From Octopus vulgaris (lineage: Eukaryota), in contig OX597816.1 of assembly GCA_951406725.2 (NCBI GenBank), positions 19,034,001 to 19,098,000 of the forward strand: 64,000 nucleotides of DNA. Reading direction: 5' to 3'. Of the stretch, positions 1 through 11,420 are shown in pieces. Numbering within the stretch: position 1 is the stretch's first letter; every line of letters starts with the position of its first letter. Under the pieces are notes generated by a model. It ran no database searches. It was not told the DNA's origin and saw only the letters and a program-made list of their open reading frames with translations. The translations under genes and the position numbers were made by a program.

Positions 1-204
1 TATATATATACAAAATATGTACAAAAACATGTGTATATACATATATGTATATATATATATGTATATATATAAATGTGTATATATATATATCTATATACAT
101 ATAAATATATATATGTATATATATGTTTTTGTACATATTTTGTATATATATATATATGTATGTATGTGTATATATATATATATATGTATATATATGTATG
201 TATG

Positions 205-246
<42 letters not shown>

Positions 247-249
247 ATA

Positions 250-299
<50 letters not shown>

Positions 300-918
300 C
301 GTATTCTGTCAAATCGCAAAATTTATGACATATGGACGTTTACATTTTTATATTTTGCTTCAGGGAAAGCAGCTGCATCATCTAAAATAGCAAATTGCTT
401 TGATTCTTTCTATGAGTTTCAACTTCAATAAAAAAAAATACATCAATGATGGCAATGATATTTAATCAACAGCCATTGAAATTCCATTATCTGCTACGTT
501 TGCTAAACGCTTCTAGTATATAAATTGCAATCTTATATAAAGCTATGGAAGCAGTAATATGACCAATACAAAATATTAAATATATATAACAAAATTATTT
601 CAGTAATATCTTGTGTATAGATGCATGACTTATTGGGCGAACGTACAATCAAACATAGTGTACACACACATAAACACACACACACACACTCACACACATA
701 AACACACACACACACACACATAAACACACACACACACAAATGCACAATCGCAGGCACAAACACACATATAATAGCGCAGTGGAGTCGGACCTTTTGCATG
801 AGTGTTAACCATTAGGGAAGTACAGAGTAACAGGAGACTGACACGACCCAAATATAGTGACATTGATGTGTGCCATGGTATTCAGTTCACTTCTATCGAT
901 ACGTAATACAAAACATGC

Positions 919-962
<44 letters not shown>

Positions 963-1038
963 GTATTTACATATATGTAATATATGCAATATAATGTATG
1001 TAATATAATTTTCCTGAATCTTCGGATTTTATTTAAAA

Positions 1039-1434
1039 CTAGCAGTATCGCCCGGCGTTGCTCGGGTTTGTAAGGGAAATAACTATATAGGCATTTTTAG
1101 AGAGTTATAGCCAAAAAATAGCAAAAAAATGCATAAAAAATTGAAAAAATATTAAGGTAAATTTTTTTTTTAAATCGTTGACACATCGTAGATATTTTTA
1201 GAGAGTTACTTCCCTTATATAAAAGCGAAAAAAATGCATTAAAATGGAAAAATATGATGGTAAATTTTTGTAAATCGTAGACTCATCGTAGACGCACGCT
1301 AATACCCAGAAGGGCTAGATATGAATCACGACTATAAGATACCCGCTTTTGGTTAAACTGCACCGCGAAATGTGGGAGTAGTTAGGAATCTAAATCGTAG
1401 GAGACAGACACACAACTTCACTCTTATATAAAGA
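1039..1434 (-). mobile_element. Non-autonomous Helitron-type element
   Basis: Minus strand starts 5'-TCTTTATA.. and ends ..CCCGAGCAACGCCGGG (hairpin) CGATACTG-CTAG-3'. Inserted between A and T with no TSD; internal ~100-bp direct duplication. Confidence 0.75.
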
Positions 1435-2089
1435 TGCTTTTTTTTTTTCAGTCATAGAGTTAGATTTATGAAGGTCTTCAGTAGAAAATCCTTCGAATTC
1501 TGACTCGCTGCTTGATATAATGAAATTCGTATCCATTTTTTGTCAGAATTACAAATTTTGAAAACACAATAGGAACAAATTTCGGAAAAAAATCTCCCAT
1601 AATTCACGGAATTAAAATTACATTCGATTTTTGTACAAAACTGTAGTTGAAGTGTTTACGAAGTATAATACGTGTTTTCACGAATGTACTAAAGAGATTT
1701 GCTCTGATATTCTCATTTAAATATGAATAGGTAAATTCGGGCGGCTTGGTAACTATATATAAGTGTCGTCTGTTTATACATAAACACTGTTTCATACTGC
1801 AATTATATATACATATATCTATATATAATATTATATAATAAAATATATACAGAGTAAAATAAAAACCAATTTACCTTTTCTGTCCGTCCGTGTGTCTTTG
1901 CAAATGTGTTGGAATGATAAGTGAGTTGTGTTTTGGCGCCTTTTTTACTAATAACAAACACACACGTGTTTGTATGTAGTTGTATGTGTATGTAGTTGTA
2001 TGTAGTTGTATATGTATGTGTATGCGTGTGTGTGAGGAATGACACACACACACTCACGCACGCACACATGTACATCAATGCTTTCGGAG

Positions 2090-2606
2090 TGATATGTTAA
2101 AATATTGAGTTTTCTCGAATTTTGTCTTAATTGGTGGTAAAATTGAAAGAAATTTTTTTATGGCATCACCCACTGAAGTACTCTGAAAAATCTTAGGTAA
2201 ATTCTAATTGAAGAAATTGTGTGAGGATTAAATGGTTATGTATTTATTTGTTTCTGTTTGCTGTGTTTTTTTATTTTTTGAGTAGTGGTTTAAATACTTT
2301 CAGTTTAGTCTTCCTCAAATCACTCTGTCGCTATTTACTTTCATTTTATTCGTCGCACACTGTGTGTGTGCGTTTGCGTGTGGTGTAAACCAGACTAAGA
2401 AAAGCGTTTGACACACACACCAGAATGTGAGTTTTCTGTAAATTTTGCTTAATTGGAGTTTAAATTTTAAAAACTGGGACCTGGCATGACGCGATGCATT
2501 GTACTCTTAAAAATGCTAGGTAAATTATAATTGAAGAAATCCTATATTGTGGATTTCTATAACTCCCAAAGGGAGGCAGATAAAATCTGCCTTTTATAAT
2601 AAGAGA
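2090..2606 (-). mobile_element. Probable Helitron-type 5' fragment with internal tandem duplication
   Basis: Minus strand begins TCTCTTATTATAAAAGG; 2105-2225 is duplicated at 2428-2550; 3' CTAG end not found. Confidence 0.4.
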
Positions 2607-2694
2607 TATGCTAGACCACTGGATTACATTGGTATTAATTTAATCAATATTAATTTCTACCCTCGTTATTTAATCGAAAAAATGCACATTGTGT

Positions 2695-2930
2695 ACAGGA
2701 CAACACCAACGGGTGAAGAGTAGATAATCACCAAAGAGGAGTAATAAACACTCCGATAATTGATGAGAAGTTATCTTTTCCTATTTTTGTCTTGTACTTT
2801 CCTCCCCTTTTTTTCCGTATTTTTCACTCGTTGTTGATGTCTTCTATATAATGTGTATGTTTTTGGTATCTTGTCCTATTCTGATCTCTCGTGTGTTTAC
2901 TTGTTTTTCACTTGTTGGTGATGTCCTGAA
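2695..2930 (+). mobile_element. Degenerate palindromic element with a decayed hammerhead core at its apex
   Basis: AGGACAACACCAACGGGTGAA (~2697) is complementary to TTCACTCGTTGTTGATGTCTT (~2823) and to ~2907-2928. The centre reads CCAAAGA-GGAG..CTCC-GATA (decayed CUGANGA..GAAA). Confidence 0.4.
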
Positions 2931-3059
2931 TTTTCATTTTATTTATTTTTTTTATTTATTTATTATCGAACGCTACGCACCTTGACTGCAGTAAGTTCTT
3001 ACTTTCATATATACATACATACCTAAAAATAAAAATATATATATACATATATGTATATA

Positions 3060-3205
3060 CCAGAGTAAGCGTAAGTACATAAATGCGAAACAAGGTGGAA
3101 AAATATTAGTTGAATACCGGGCGTAGAATAATATGCTTTATAAAAAAGCACCATAAATATCGCAAAAGCTGTTACTCAGAGTTTCATGCATCCATTCGTC
3201 AGTTA
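3060..3205 (-). mobile_element. PLE-type 3'-end stub with hammerhead core (same family as 36131-36280)
   Basis: Starts at a TA tract with CCAGAGTAAGC, as at 36131. Minus strand CTGACGA-ATG-gatg-CAT-GAAAC-TCTGA-GTA at 3173-3202; stem I disrupted. Confidence 0.6.
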
Positions 3206-3513
3206 CTGGTACTGAGAATAGCACAAAATAGACAGTTTGTTCGATAGATACGTATTTGAAAATGTTCTGTTGCTAGTCCTTGTAACTAATGTTGCGGTTG
3301 CGGTTTAAAATCATATTATTATAAAGATCGAAGAAAACCTTAAATCAAAACTAACTTATGCAGATGGGAACAGCATCTGAATATCCAAGGCAAATAATTA
3401 TTGGTGAAAATAATGATCAATTTACAGAAATTAACAGATATATTCTGTTAAAAGAATTTCACCCTAAAATACATATACGTGTAACAATGCATACACATAC
3501 CAAGCAACCTGAT

Positions 3514-3900
3514 ACTCTTTTACACTTTTACTTGTTTCAGTCATTTGACTGCGGCCTTGCTGGAGCACCGCCTTTAGTCGAGCAAATCTACCCAGGACTT
3601 ATTCTTTGTAAGCCTTGTACTTATTCTATCGGCCTCTTTTGCCGAACTGCTAAGTTATGGGGACGTAAACACGTCGGTTGTCAAGCGACGTTGGGAGGAC
3701 AAACGCGCACACATAATTATATACAGATACATATATACGACGGGCTTCTTAAAGTTTCCGTCTAGCAAATTCTCTCACAAAGCTTTGATCGGCCCGAGGG
3801 TATAGCAGAAGGCACTTGTCCAAGCTGCCACGCAGTGGGACTGAACCTGGAACCATGTGGTTCGTAAGCAAGCTACTTACCACACAGCCTCTCAACGCCT
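3514..3900 (-). mobile_element. tRNA-derived SINE, family A (CORE-like)
   Basis: Homologous to 30562, 32971, 34780 and 53023. tRNA-like head GGCTGTGTGGTAAG..GGTTCAGTCCC, a TTGGGCAAGT-like core, and a tail ending GAAACAAGTAAAAG. Confidence 0.85.
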
Positions 3901-4325
3901 ATATATATTTATTGTTTTATACCTTGAATGCATGTATAAATAGATTGTTACTTAACTTTTCAAATAACAAAAATTGATAGGTTCATTAATTCGTGCAAAA
4001 CTTTTGAAGTTATAGAATATAACCTGAGCAAAAAGTTTTCCCCGTGGTATTTATCCAAACTTTATAATTTTGTTACTTTACTGAATGATTTGTAAAAATG
4101 TTTTATTTAAACTAAATAGTTTGTAGCTTTACATTAATATATCAAAGAGGATATTTATATTATTTCACTGGATGCAAAAACAAATTTATTATTAAGTACT
4201 ATAACATAGCACTATATCACAATATATGTTATTAAATTTCAGATATAAGTTTTAATTATGCTATCATCTTTATAGAAAAATATTATGAGTATAATAACGT
4301 TATATGATATCTTTAAATTTAATAA

Positions 4326-4672
4326 TGAGAGCACTTAGCGCAGACATCTGCGAAGCCAGCACCAACGTCCACTCAACGATGAGCCAGAGATGATTTTTAA
4401 AATGAGATTATCTCAAATGTACTCGACAGCTCTCAGAAATGAAAATACTGTCAAAAATTAAGTACAAAAACCAGAAAAATAATCCATACCCTTGTCCAGT
4501 ACCGAATCGATACCAAAATCTTGTGAGTTGTTGCCAGTTACGGAACTAAACATACCTGAATTCTTCTTGCGATACCATCCAGCGGTTCTTGTGATATCTT
4601 GACCACGGACAAACAAACAAACAAGCATGATTGAAAACAATACCTCCGTCTCCGATATGGGTGAGGTAATAA
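4326..4672 (-). mobile_element. Helentron-associated (HINE/DINE-1-like) non-autonomous element
   Basis: Minus strand TTATTACCTCACC..GGAGGTATTGTTTTC..GTTTGTTTGTTTGTCCG start, and a GC-rich end (..GCGCTAAGTGCTCTC), typical of HINE architecture. Confidence 0.55.
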
Positions 4673-4940
4673 TATATAAATAATTTTAGAAAATGCCCTA
4701 TTGTTAATAAAATCTTTTGTACTGTTTGTTTTACCGGTTATTTCTCCGTAATCAATGAAGTTATAAGTATATAAACATTGATTTGCAACGGTATTTTCCT
4801 CTGATAAACTAAGTAAACTTGTGTTTTTACTTGTTATTTGCTAAGGATAATATCTATATCAATACGCCTAAATATAGTAGAATAATTCTTAAACATAATT
4901 ATATATGTGTCAGTCCCAGGAAAGAATGCTACTGCTATTT

Positions 4941-5220
4941 AGCCCTTGGAAACACCATTAACAGCTGGCTACGTGAGACAAGCGTTCTGAGTCCTTAAGA
5001 TTTCAAACAGGAAAGATAAGCACCCCCAACAATCAAAGCCAGCAAGCAACGGCAGCAAGCAAGCGAAGCTACTCCAGACTGATGAAGAGCAATAACTCTG
5101 GAACTAGTCTCTAGATGCTGCCTTAGCTTGGTGGAGATGCTTATCGCCCCTGTTTTGAAAACTTAAGGACACTGAACGCTTGTGTCAAGTAGCCAACTGG
5201 AATCGGTGTTTCTTGGGGCT
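4941..5220 (+). mobile_element. Rod-like palindromic element with an apical minimal hammerhead ribozyme
   Basis: 4941-5032 is an imperfect reverse complement of 5128-5220. The centre reads CTGATGA-AGAG-caataa-CTCT-GGAAC-TA-GTC-tctaga (5079-5115; one GAAA>GGAA change). Confidence 0.7.
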
Positions 5221-5994
5221 GCCACATTAAGTTGACGACAAACCACCAATTTGTAGAGCTGCTACTGTATAAGTATTTCTGAGAGATTTAGAAATGCAAT
5301 ATTTCTAATAATTACGTATGTTTTAAAATAATTATGCATATATGAAAATTTCCTGTAGACCCTGTAATATTTATTATATATCATCACATTATTGTCTTTG
5401 GAATTCTTATGCACATAAAAATTATAGAATAAGAAAAGTATTGGCTTACTCTGATTCATTTTCTTCGGTAAAGCTAGTTAAAATTCTGATACATTATTTA
5501 TATATATATGTTATCATTTTTATGTAAAAAACAATATAGTTTATTATAATCGTAAATTTAAACATTTGTTTAACATCGGCGTATTTAGTAGAAATATTTG
5601 AATTAATCAATGCTTGATTAAAAAATTTTTTATTGAAATTAGTGTCTGAATATAATGTCCTTATTTATTTTTTCATAATATTATATAGAAATTTGAAATA
5701 AAATATATTTCCTATTCCACCATAAATTCTTAACATATATAGCTTTTGTTACATAATAAAAATGGGCAGTGATTATTTTAGATTATAATACCTTCAGAAA
5801 AATATTATTAAAGACTTATAACAACATTGTAATTATCTTGTTCATTCAATTTATTTTATCTACTTGAGTTTTGGTTGTGCTTTTATTATATTTATTATAT
5901 TTTTACATTATTAATCCTCAAGCTTGTAAACATATGTATATTTTGAATCAGTCTACTTTATGAAAGTCTGCATGGAATTTTGTCTATATTTTAG

Positions 5995-6092
5995 ACAAAT
6001 ATTTCTCTGATGAGACTTATATGCATAAATGTGAATTTTTATAAATTCAGTCGTGCATATGAGTCGACAAAAATGTAGGATATGTATTTGTT
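5995..6092 (+). ncRNA. Decayed type-I hammerhead ribozyme motif
   Basis: CTGATGA (6007) - stem II GACTTATATGCA/TGCATATGAGTC with an inner hairpin - GACA (for GAAA) ..GTA; stem I ACAAATA/TATTTGT. Confidence 0.55.
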
Positions 6093-6697
6093 ATAATTAT
6101 TTGTTTTATTATATTATACATTTATATTATACATTTTCATAGTATAATTATATCATAATGTTAATAAATTTTTATATTACTTATATTTCTCTATTTCCAT
6201 TAAAGTTTATATATTGAAATTATACCATTTTTTCTCTAGTATATTGTAGTATCTAACTGAAGAACTAGTGAAAGTTGGATGTTTTCCTTCCCTTTGAAGG
6301 AAACTGTTTTCTCCATATTTCTGAGGCCAGCCATCGTCAGCGTTATGGAAAGAGACTAAAGTAAGCTGAAGAAGGAGAATGGAAAAGAAAAATGATTAAC
6401 AAATAATAATGATTAGGTAAACCATGTTATAGAATAAATCGAATTTGCTAATATCATTAATATATTTATTCCAGATTACTACATTAATTCATTTGTTTTG
6501 ACATTCGTTATTTTCGGGCCTTCGGAATTTTACTTACACTATATTATTTAAATAGTGAAGTCCCACGAAGTAAATATGATTTAATGAATATTAGAAACTG
6601 GTAAAGATTTATACGCTCCGTGTTAGTAAAATATCGCCTAGCCTTCATCGTCGAAAGTATAAAAATTAGATCTCCGCTTAATAGAATCTTTACATGA

Positions 6698-7563
6698 TGA
6701 GGGTGTATCCAAAATAAACGGGGATTTTACAATATTATGTTATTCTTTAAATTTTACATGTTAGCACTTTTATCGCCTTCTCAGTAGTCTTTATTTAAAG
6801 TAACATATCTGTCCACATAGGTTTTCCACTGTTCGAATAACTACTAGAACTGCTAAGAGATGCCTTTTAACACTTCCGTCGATTCTCTCTTCAACTCTTG
6901 CATGTCTGTAAAATCCGTAGCACCAGCAATCGTCACCAGTGATTACCTTCGACAAAAGGTGCTGATCGACATCCAACGGTTCATTCAGTTCACGACACGT
7001 ATTCAGTCGAGACTGCTTTTGGTCTTCCATAAGAAAGTGAGGCACACTTTTGCGGCAACGATTTTCATTCGTAATTCCTCACTGAAAATTCGTAGGCCGG
7101 AGTTCCAGAACACACCAATCATATCAAAAAGACGGTCCCCCAAAATCCGTTCATGATTTTTCATTGTTACCATTCGTTCGGTATGTCCACGGTCGCCCTA
7201 AACAAGGTAGGTCTTCCAGCGACAGGCGACCATTCCTCAAGCGTGAAAACCTCTCGCAAACTTGTGTTTTGCGCTGGGCACCGTACTTGTAAGCATGGCA
7301 ACCGTATCCACTGCTGTTTTTGCCAGCAGGAAACAGAATTTTGCGGAAGTACGCTGTCTCTTTCTTTTAGCCGGCGATAAAATATCAACGAACAAGTACT
7401 GCAAAAAAATGCAATAAACAAAAACAAAAGTAATGCACCATGTGGCAGTTCCCCTTCACTAAACGCCCCCGTCCTACAGACTAATGCCTGAGGGTCGCAT
7501 CAAATGAACTGCAACGGGCTTTTTCCCCAGAGAACTTTTCCTGTTAATTTGAGTACTCCCTCG
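6698..7563 (-). mobile_element. Internally deleted mariner transposon with both TIRs
   Basis: Imperfect TIRs TGAGGGTGTATCCAAAATAAAC / GTTAATTTGAGTACTCCCTCG followed by TA. Minus-strand transposase remnants 'GRPT' and 'PHFLMEDQKQSR..VITGDDCWCY'. Confidence 0.8.
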
Positions 7564-7771
7564 TATATTATACGTCATAAACTAATACTGTCTTGCGTAT
7601 AATATCTATAGAAATTCCTTCCTATATTTAAAACTTCCTTAAAAGACCACTGAGCATATATTATATCTCTTCACAAACTCATTTTTATTAGAATTAAATA
7701 TTTTCTATAAGTCAAGGTGCCTAAGACTGGTTGCTGCAGAAATTGTTTCCCGTAACTATTAAGTCTAAAAG

Positions 7772-7871
<100 letters not shown>

Positions 7872-7883
7872 GTACATATATAT

Positions 7884-8046
7884 CTAATATAGGATAAAAG
7901 TTTTCGAAAAAAATTTGTCAATGGCCAGCATATTAAAAAAATACCTTTTATAAACGACTTATAAACAAGGGCAAAAGAAAAAATTCCAATGCCAAATATG
8001 CCGAAATAGAGACGTGCAATTTTTTCTTTTGCCCTTGTTTATAAGT

Positions 8047-8047
<1 letters not shown>
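7884..8047 (-). mobile_element. Fold-back PLE 3'-end stub between (TA)n tracts
   Basis: Perfect 29-bp arms at 7957-7985 and 8018-8046, with an unpaired ~70-bp terminus. Same family as 23883-24541; related to 46175. Confidence 0.65.
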
Positions 8048-8089
<42 letters not shown>

Positions 8090-8092
<3 letters not shown>

Positions 8093-8342
8093 TAAAAAAT
8101 GGAGTTAACACAGGTTTAAACAAGTATTTTTACTTTCTACATATGTTTCAAAAATTCCACTGATACTTATTCAAAAGAATAGAAGGTATAAACAATGCAA
8201 TCTTCTCTTCGGGAAAGTGAAAAAACGAAACTCGTCAATGCGACATTTTAGCAAAAAATGATGGATTCGTATAGCGATAGACAGAACGCTATTAATATTG
8301 TTTAAAAAAATGTTATATGATATAACAAGGTAAAATACACTC

Positions 8343-8350
<8 letters not shown>
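8090..8350 (-). mobile_element. PLE 3'-end stub with hammerhead motif between (TA)n tracts
   Basis: Minus strand 8218-8132: CTTTC-CCGAAGA-long stem II-GAAAC-ATAT-GTA-GAAAG; similar to the HHR at 22.2/23.5 kb. Confidence 0.6.
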
Positions 8351-8401
<51 letters not shown>

Positions 8402-8914
8402 ATTCGATTGTACTTGAATTAGATTCATTAGTTTATTTATTATTCTTTAAATAAAAGAGACATTTCAAAAAGTTTTAGTTTTTTTATGAATAAAAACAAC
8501 TGTATCATGAATCTTCAAAACCTACCCTATTTGTGTGAAATCAAGTAACATCTAACCGAAATCTGCACCAATCAACTGCACGATATTTTCTCCTGTTTAT
8601 TCATGTAATAAATAGTTTATTTCCTATATTATGAGGAATGTGTGAAATAAACCGTATAATAATAATAATAAAATTGATAATGTCATAGGAAATTATATTT
8701 CATCAGAATACCTCTGACAGCTGATGAAATAGTTCTGTGATTAGTTGAAACCTCAAGATAAAAAGAAACAGCTGTTTAATTTAACGAAATTTTATTAATC
8801 AAAGGAACCACTTTGTACATATATTCGTGCCAAAATGATTCAATCTTCCCCTAACTCTTTACACACATATATGTGTGTACGTCTGTGCATTCATGCTTGC
8901 TTCTTTGTATGTAC

Positions 8915-8992
<78 letters not shown>

Positions 8993-9174
8993 CATACATA
9001 TATATATATATACATATATATGTATGTATATGTCAATCTATCTATCTATATATCTATCGATATATACATATATGCATATATATATATATATATATATATA
9101 GACATGTATATACATGTCAATATATATGTCTATATATATATATATATATAGACATACATATATAAATATATATA

Positions 9175-9232
<58 letters not shown>

Positions 9233-9422
9233 TGCATGCATATATACACGAATATATTTACATATTGCGTGCTGCTGCGAATAAATAAGGTTTCCACATA
9301 CGCTCCGACAGAGCAATCTGATCTAATTACTAGAATTAGTTCTCTTTAAGTAACAATGTACATGTGTGTGCATTTTGTGATTAGCTTAATGGAACAACCA
9401 TCATGGGAAATGTCTGGAGAAT

Positions 9423-9455
<33 letters not shown>

Positions 9456-10028
9456 AGAGAAATGAAGAAAAAATTAATGTGGAAATGCGTTCGAGATTCT
9501 TTGGTGAAGGTGGGGATTTTTTTTTTTTATTCATACAATGGAAATGAATCTAACAATGTAAACTGTTTAACGTGTAGCAAGGCTCTATCGGAAATAAAAA
9601 AGAAAATGGATTAATAATTTTTCTGCCAATGAATGCGCTACAAATTTATTCACTCCTAAAGGCATTTTGTAACTGATTTAATTTTATTCTTCTCGTAATT
9701 TGTATTCTAACAAAAATGGATATTTATAAAAAAAGAAAAGAAAAACAAAACAAGAAAAAACAAACAAAGGAGGAAATACTGAAATGCTGATGAATATAAT
9801 AATGGAATTGAAAACAAAAGTAATACATATGATAATATGCACCATAGGAATGATTAGAAGATTTGCGGGAAATTTCATGTAACAATCTCCGGGATTTATT
9901 CTCAATACATACGTATTCATACATCACACGTACATACATTCATACGCATACGCGTGCATTTATGTATGTACATATGCATATGCATATATTCATATATATA
10001 TACATATATATATATAAGTATATACAGA

Positions 10029-10115
<87 letters not shown>

Positions 10116-10199
10116 CTTTCGGTGCGAATGGTTTTGTTATACGGTGCCGGGTTTTACAATCTTGTAAATAATAATAATAGTATTTATATAATGCTGAAG

Positions 10200-11420
10200 C
10201 TTGTAGCGATCACCGTGCAATAACTAAGAAAATAGTCGAATAATGGGGCATTTAAACCTTCGACAGAAAAAAGTAGTCCTTCCTATCCGTGTATGACAGG
10301 AGCCCACATATATATTTATGTCCATTTCCGACTGTGCAGTCTGTCTCGAAGCAAGACACCTTATATTTTACGTTTCTCAAGTCTTGGCACGTAGCAAAGG
10401 GGGCTGTACTTCTATTTTTAGTGGGCTAGGCCAGCTCTGTCGCATTCGGTGTGTGGCGCCGCCGAATTTCCCAGAGAAGAACATTAAGCTTACGCGTGTA
10501 TTTGAAATACTAGGTCAGTTACACGTTAATATCAGAAGGTTGTACCTATTTCTTTACTACCCAAAAGGGGCTAAACACAGAGGAGACAAACAAGGACAGA
10601 CAGACGGATTAAGTCAATTATATCGGCAGCAGTGCGTAACTGGTACTTAATTTATCGACCCTGAAAGGATGAAAGGCAAAGTCGACCTCGGCGGAATTTG
10701 AACTCAGAACGTAACGGCAGACGAAATACGGCTATGCATTTCGCCCGGCGTCCTAACGTTTTTGCCAGCTCGCCGCCTTGATATCAGAAGGTTGTACCGT
10801 TGATCGAATCAACTGAAAATCCATTGTCTTTCATTCCTACATACACACGCGCGCGCTTGGAAATGTGCGCTCTAAATTGTAGGTTTACTTTTATGCGGGT
10901 AGCCAGATTGACCGTGTCCATAATGGACACCATGTATTCACTATTTCGCAAGTCGCTTGGAACAATGTATCGTAACTTAGATCTAGTCAACTTTGTTCCA
11001 GTAACTTTTGGACCTTTTGCATATTTACTTCCCGTATGACAAAGACGATCTTCAACTCCAACTATCAGTTGTTTATAATGTTCGAATAACATTATTTTCT
11101 CTAATGTTATAGTGTACTGTTATAGTGTACTTACTGATCTCATACTTCCAAGGGAAACCTACCACTATTTGCGTCCAATTTTGTCCCCTATGGTGCCGTA
11201 TGATTAAGTATGTCAGACTCGTCAGAGGCACTTTTCAATTTGCAGTTTGATCGGCTGAAATTTTCCGACTATTTGTTGTTAAAGTTTTCTATACTAGAAT
11301 TATGATGTCGGATGCTTGCCTCATTGATAGTGTGACATTGAACTTAACAGTTCATTTAGATATCGTAAGAAGTTTTTAATCCTTCCCATGGTAAAGTGTT
11401 TTTTCTTATCTTAGGAATTA
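10200..11420 (-). pseudogene. Possible highly decayed LTR-retrotransposon (Gypsy gag/protease) relic
   Basis: Coding-like composition; 'IMLFEHYKQLI' and a frameshifted LRD..AQS-like motif near 10345. Weak similarity only. Confidence 0.25.
10547..10778 (-). mobile_element. SINE family B (Meta/MESC-core-like) with 18-bp TSD
   Basis: Head GGCGGCGAGCTGGCA..GAGTTCAAATTCC; core GTCGACTTTGCCTTTCATCCTTTC..GTCGATAAATTAAGTACC. TSD ATATCAGAAGGTTGTACC at 10529-10546 and 10781-10798. Confidence 0.9.

Noticed and set aside
8695-8780. CTGATGA..GAAACAGCTGTT hammerhead candidate
   Set aside because: Stems I and II could not be assigned convincingly.
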